NCBI GenBank assembly: GCA_040285745.1
Contig: JAUFOR010000008.1
Location: 1,364,001 to 1,428,000 of the forward strand
Length of the DNA stretch: 64,000 bases
Origin: Barthelona sp. PCE
Lineage: Eukaryota
Direction of reading: 5' to 3'
Of this stretch, positions 60,480-64,000 are shown piece after piece. Within the stretch, counting starts at the first letter, position 1. Each line of letters opens with the position of its first letter. The notes under the pieces were generated by a model, which did no database searches, was not told where the DNA came from, and was given only the letters and a program-made list of their open reading frames with translations. The position numbers and the translations under genes are program-made.

Positions 60480-61601
60480 ATGTCAGCGCCTCCTGATGGG
60501 GATGAGAACTTTCGATTGGATCTCGGTTTCGATCCTATAACACCCCCAATTCATAACATCCCGCAAGTGAGATTTAGACCAATGTTCAGCAACGGTTCAA
60601 GCTATGCATCAGCAAAAGGACTGGCAGAAAGCGTATGAATTTCTATTATCATATATACCGTTTCAATTTATTTTTAGGATGAGATTGAATTTGACTTTGA
60701 AGGATTCCTTAATGAAGGGACAAGTTCGGATGTCAGTGACCCCGAGGATAGCACTTATGTCCCAGATTTCCTTGAAAACGACTTTTTGGAGAATTCGGTT
60801 ACTTCTAACTCCTATAAGTCTAGTCCTCTGCTACCTCCACCTCCACCAAACATCAACTACTTTTCTAAGACCACAAATACTGCTGAGAAGAATTCAGCTG
60901 GAGGTGGCAGGTATTGGAGTGTCAATGAACATCAACGTTTTCTAGTTGCTGCCTATAATTATGGCAATGATGCCCGAAAAATCTCAGATTACGTTGGTAC
61001 AAGAGACGTAACTCAGACTAGAACACACTATCAGAAATATCAGGCAAAAGTTGCTCGTGAGCGTGACCGTTCACAATACAACAACTCTTCAGAACTCCGA
61101 AAGGCAGAGTACGAGTTGTTAAATGATTCAATCATTGCTCTTCAAGTGACTAGTAATGATTATATGCAGAAGTTACCAGCTATCTGTAATCAATACTTAC
61201 CCGGTAGAACAATGGTTTATATCCAGCGTCAGTTGGAGGGTTTGATTCAAAGAAAGGTCATCACTGAAGATAGATATATTGTCGGTACTGAAAGAGCTCA
61301 ATGTTTACAGACGAGCAATCGTAACAGTCGTGTTGCAAACAATACACAGAAGAAAACTAAAAAGCAAAAGAAGAAGAAGAAAAAAGTTGTTAATGATGTC
61401 AAGAACATCAGCAATATTAAGAATTCTCCTCCTCCATCTTTCATACCTTATAATGTTATTTCTGCTCCATTTTTCGCTGCTCAGCAGAACAGCAATGTTC
61501 CTTTTCCTGTTTTCCCTTTCATACCCGCTCAAAATATGCCTGATATAACTACATTTACTGTTTCAGGCAAAGATTCCAACTCTCTCGTTAACAAGGCATA
61601 A
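60480..61601 (+). CDS. Myb/SANT transcription factor, SHAQKYF class; join(60480..60632,60678..61601), 358 aa
   Basis: WSVNEHQRFL...ISDYVGTRDVTQTRTHYQKY, plus a possible second degenerate repeat (YLPGRT). Confidence 0.85.
60633..60677 (+). other. Spliceosomal intron, 45 nt, phase 0
   Basis: GTATGA...ATTTATTTTTAG. Contains an in-frame TGA, and removal fuses two ORFs. Confidence 0.8.
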
Positions 61602-61634
61602 ACAAAAAGGTACCACATCAATGTAAAACCTTTA

Positions 61635-62948
61635 TTATCTCCTCTTATGGGTAATAAAGGCAGTAGGAATACCTCCAACACCTTTATCCTTACTAGTACG
61701 GTAATACTTACTTACAACATGCTTAAACAACTTGATATGGCTATTTGAATACGTGTTACCGAAAAGATCCAACAAAATGGTCTGTTGCGTTACGTTATGA
61801 TCTATTTTTCTCATATCTTCCAACAAAATATCAATTTTAAACTTCATTTCACTCACTAATAACCCCTTACGCTTGGCTGCAGCGAAATATTTGATCAATG
61901 CAACAATAAATACAAAGCTGGCAAATGTTACACGAGCATAAATGTTACTAAAGATTATTGAGTAGTCAAAATTGACTACCCTCTTATACAGACAAATGCT
62001 CTTCTTTGTGAGTGCGCAATTCAACAAACGTGTCTTCAGAGGTATTGATTCTTTGACAACGGGTTCCGGCTTCTCTTCTTTGATAGGGAGTGCCTTACAA
62101 ACAACATGACGTTCAAGGATATCAAAACGCTTAACGTAGCCCTCTTGACAAGCTGAAAGTCTCAAATCCTCACAGATGGCGTGCTCAGGACATTTGTTGC
62201 ACTTGATAAGCCAGGATTCTCCTTCCATCTGTTCACAGAAAGGGTAAAACGCAGGTAGAATGTAAAAAGTTGCCAGACCAAGCAATAAAAAGGTAACTAA
62301 AAGAGTAAAACACACAGACTTACCCTTGTGCTCCTCATCATCGGTCTCCTCATCACTGTCATCATACACCGGCAGCTGGTCCTCCATAGTTTCAATGTCT
62401 GGCAAGTCAGGAAGTTCAGTCTCAGGGAACTCCTCTTCCATGTCCTCGATCTCTTCAACAGCTTCCATGACCTCCTCTACAATTTCCTCCGGGGCAGGGG
62501 AGAGGGAACGCCTCTTTGGAGTCTGTGAAAAACGCTTCTTAATCTCAACTTCACCAATTCCTTCACCAAGGCCTATACGACCATCACGAGGTGTTGCGGA
62601 ACGACGGCGCAAGTTAAAGGTACGCTTGGGTGTGTTGATTTCGCGCTTAGGGGTAGCACGACGACGGGAACTCATTGGAACGACGGGTTCAAGCTCTTCA
62701 ACTTCTTCCTCTTCGCTCAATTCTTCCTTCTTCTCAATTGGTTCTTCCAACTCTTCTTCTGATTCCTCTGACTCATCATTGAAATACAGGGGGAGGATAT
62801 GATTATTGTATAGAGATACGTACTGCTGCTTTCTTACCTTCCTTGGAGGAAGCTCGATCTCATGGTACGTCAGGATCTGTTTCAGCTGCGCGACGGTTAA
62901 GTTAGTGCCGTCCTGCGGTAAATCGAAGTTTAAACCAGGTACTGACAT
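61635..62948 (-). CDS. Inner nuclear membrane HeH/LEM-MSC protein (Src1/Heh1/Man1-like)
   Basis: LTVAQLKQILTYHEIELP HeH motif, acidic/basic linker, TM, lumenal CNKCPEHAIC...CQEGY, second TM. ATG 62948 is directly preceded by TTTCA. Confidence 0.85.
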   Translation of the reverse strand: MSVPGLNFDLPQDGTNLTVAQLKQILTYHEIELPPRKVRKQQYVSLYNNHILPLYFNDESEESEEELEEPIEKKEELSEEEEVEELEPVVPMSSRRRATPKREINTPKRTFNLRRRSATPRDGRIGLGEGIGEVEIKKRFSQTPKRRSLSPAPEEIVEEVMEAVEEIEDMEEEFPETELPDLPDIETMEDQLPVYDDSDEETDDEEHKGKSVCFTLLVTFLLLGLATFYILPAFYPFCEQMEGESWLIKCNKCPEHAICEDLRLSACQEGYVKRFDILERHVVCKALPIKEEKPEPVVKESIPLKTRLLNCALTKKSICLYKRVVNFDYSIIFSNIYARVTFASFVFIVALIKYFAAAKRKGLLVSEMKFKIDILLEDMRKIDHNVTQQTILLDLFGNTYSNSHIKLFKHVVSKYYRTSKDKGVGGIPTAFITHKRR

Positions 62949-63188
62949 TGAAAAGGGATTTAATCGTGAATACAAGCATTTTCGTTGTCCATCGATGGTA
63001 TAGTGTAATTTAGTTCCAAATAACGTCCGGCGCACTGCAAGAGAAGATGCTAAAGCATCGAACAAGCGAGTGCCTGTTCAACAATTCTTTATTCAATCTA
63101 TCATTAAAATAAAACATAACCAACCTCTTTCAACAATACTCATGTTGTGTGAACTGTAAAAAAAGCGAAAGAACAAAAGAAGCACTAT

Positions 63189-63779
63189 TTACAAATTCTT
63201 CAGCTGATTGCTTACAACGTACTTACCTGCGGAAGCCAAATAAGAGTTGGCCTTTTCCTTGAGCTTGGCCTGTCTATCCTTAGAACAACGAATGAATCCA
63301 AGAAGGTTGGCACCATTTAAGGCAATACCGACAAATATAATGACGAGAGCCTTAAGACCACTCATGAATAAGATCAGAAGGACAAAGCCACACCATACTA
63401 GAGTGCTAACCCAGAGACCAGTCCAAAAAACAGTAGAATCTATCTTGGGAATGATGCTCACATCCTCTTTCGATTCATACCTCCATTCACTCTTGCCTGT
63501 TGTGTGGTTGAACTCGCTGTACCACTTAAGGCCCACGAGTAACCTTCCAAAAATGTTTTTCGTGGCATAAAAATCAATAGCAAGCAAAAATATTTGAATA
63601 ACACTTTCTTTGATATAACTACTGAAGAAAAAGCTAGATGTGATGAAAAACAATATAGCTAGAGCCTTAAATATAATGTGACACAAACTTGCAACAGGAT
63701 GGCTACTTCCTGAAACTACTTGAGCGACTACTGGCTTTTTGACTTCGCCATCAACGTGGGATGTATCGGGGTCTGACAT
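63189..63779 (-). CDS. TVP23: Golgi membrane protein TVP23/FAM18
   Basis: SSHP...HIIFK, DFYATKNIFGRLLVGLKW, W.YES, VFW, NLLGFIRC. Confidence 0.93.
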   Translation of the reverse strand: MSDPDTSHVDGEVKKPVVAQVVSGSSHPVASLCHIIFKALAILFFITSSFFFSSYIKESVIQIFLLAIDFYATKNIFGRLLVGLKWYSEFNHTTGKSEWRYESKEDVSIIPKIDSTVFWTGLWVSTLVWCGFVLLILFMSGLKALVIIFVGIALNGANLLGFIRCSKDRQAKLKEKANSYLASAGKYVVSNQLKNL

Positions 63780-64000
63780 AACAACAATAAATGCGTGTAA
63801 GAGAGAAAAAGGGTTGTAAAGACAAAAACAATCGTTTACTTTGGATTACACTCGATACATATATTATTCAACCAGTTTAAATCGAATAAATCGACCATTA
63901 CACAAACAGAAGAACCATACAAAGTCTTGCAATCTTGTTGAAACAATTAGTACTATGTTTCAAGCTGAAAAATATGATACGTTGGCATCATACTACAAAA

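Noticed and set aside
62988-63060. tRNA A-box-like TGGTATAGTG and U6-like AGAGAAGAT...AGCAT
   Set aside because: No cloverleaf or proper B box, and the invariant ACAGAGA and U6 ISL are absent.

Overview
Gene-dense, intron-poor nuclear DNA from a eukaryotic microbe, not a prokaryote. About 36 protein-coding genes in 64 kb, standard genetic code, with intergenic gaps often under 100 nt and several convergent genes overlapping at their 3' ends. Flagellar/ciliary genes (TTLL3/8-type glycylase, WDR34-like dynein-2 chain, roadblock), two prokaryote-type genes typical of anaerobes, and Giardia/Trichomonas-style introns together suggest an anaerobic flagellate, probably metamonad-like (inference only). 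Recognisable genes: VPS13, PUF, two ABC transporters, Sec24, Atg13-like, HisRS, Sen54-like, PCIF1-like, AK6/Fap7, MGRN1/LOG2-type RING, ASNSD1, START, PRMT, eIF3e-like, Myb, HeH/LEM-MSC, TVP23. Things the ORF track misses: a >=1466-codon secreted-protein ORF running off the left edge; three short phase-0 GT-AG introns with an A fixed at -8; a TTTCA motif just upstream of most start codons; and two candidate structured RNAs. Most notable: a 1415-aa bacterial-type fused 2-hydroxyacyl-CoA dehydratase/activase with intact Cys motifs, a PCIF1 homolog with GPPY in place of NPPF, and a ~195-nt pseudoknot-capable element. No rRNA, tRNA, CRISPR array or intact mobile element was found. All protein calls come from motif recognition by eye, not database searches.
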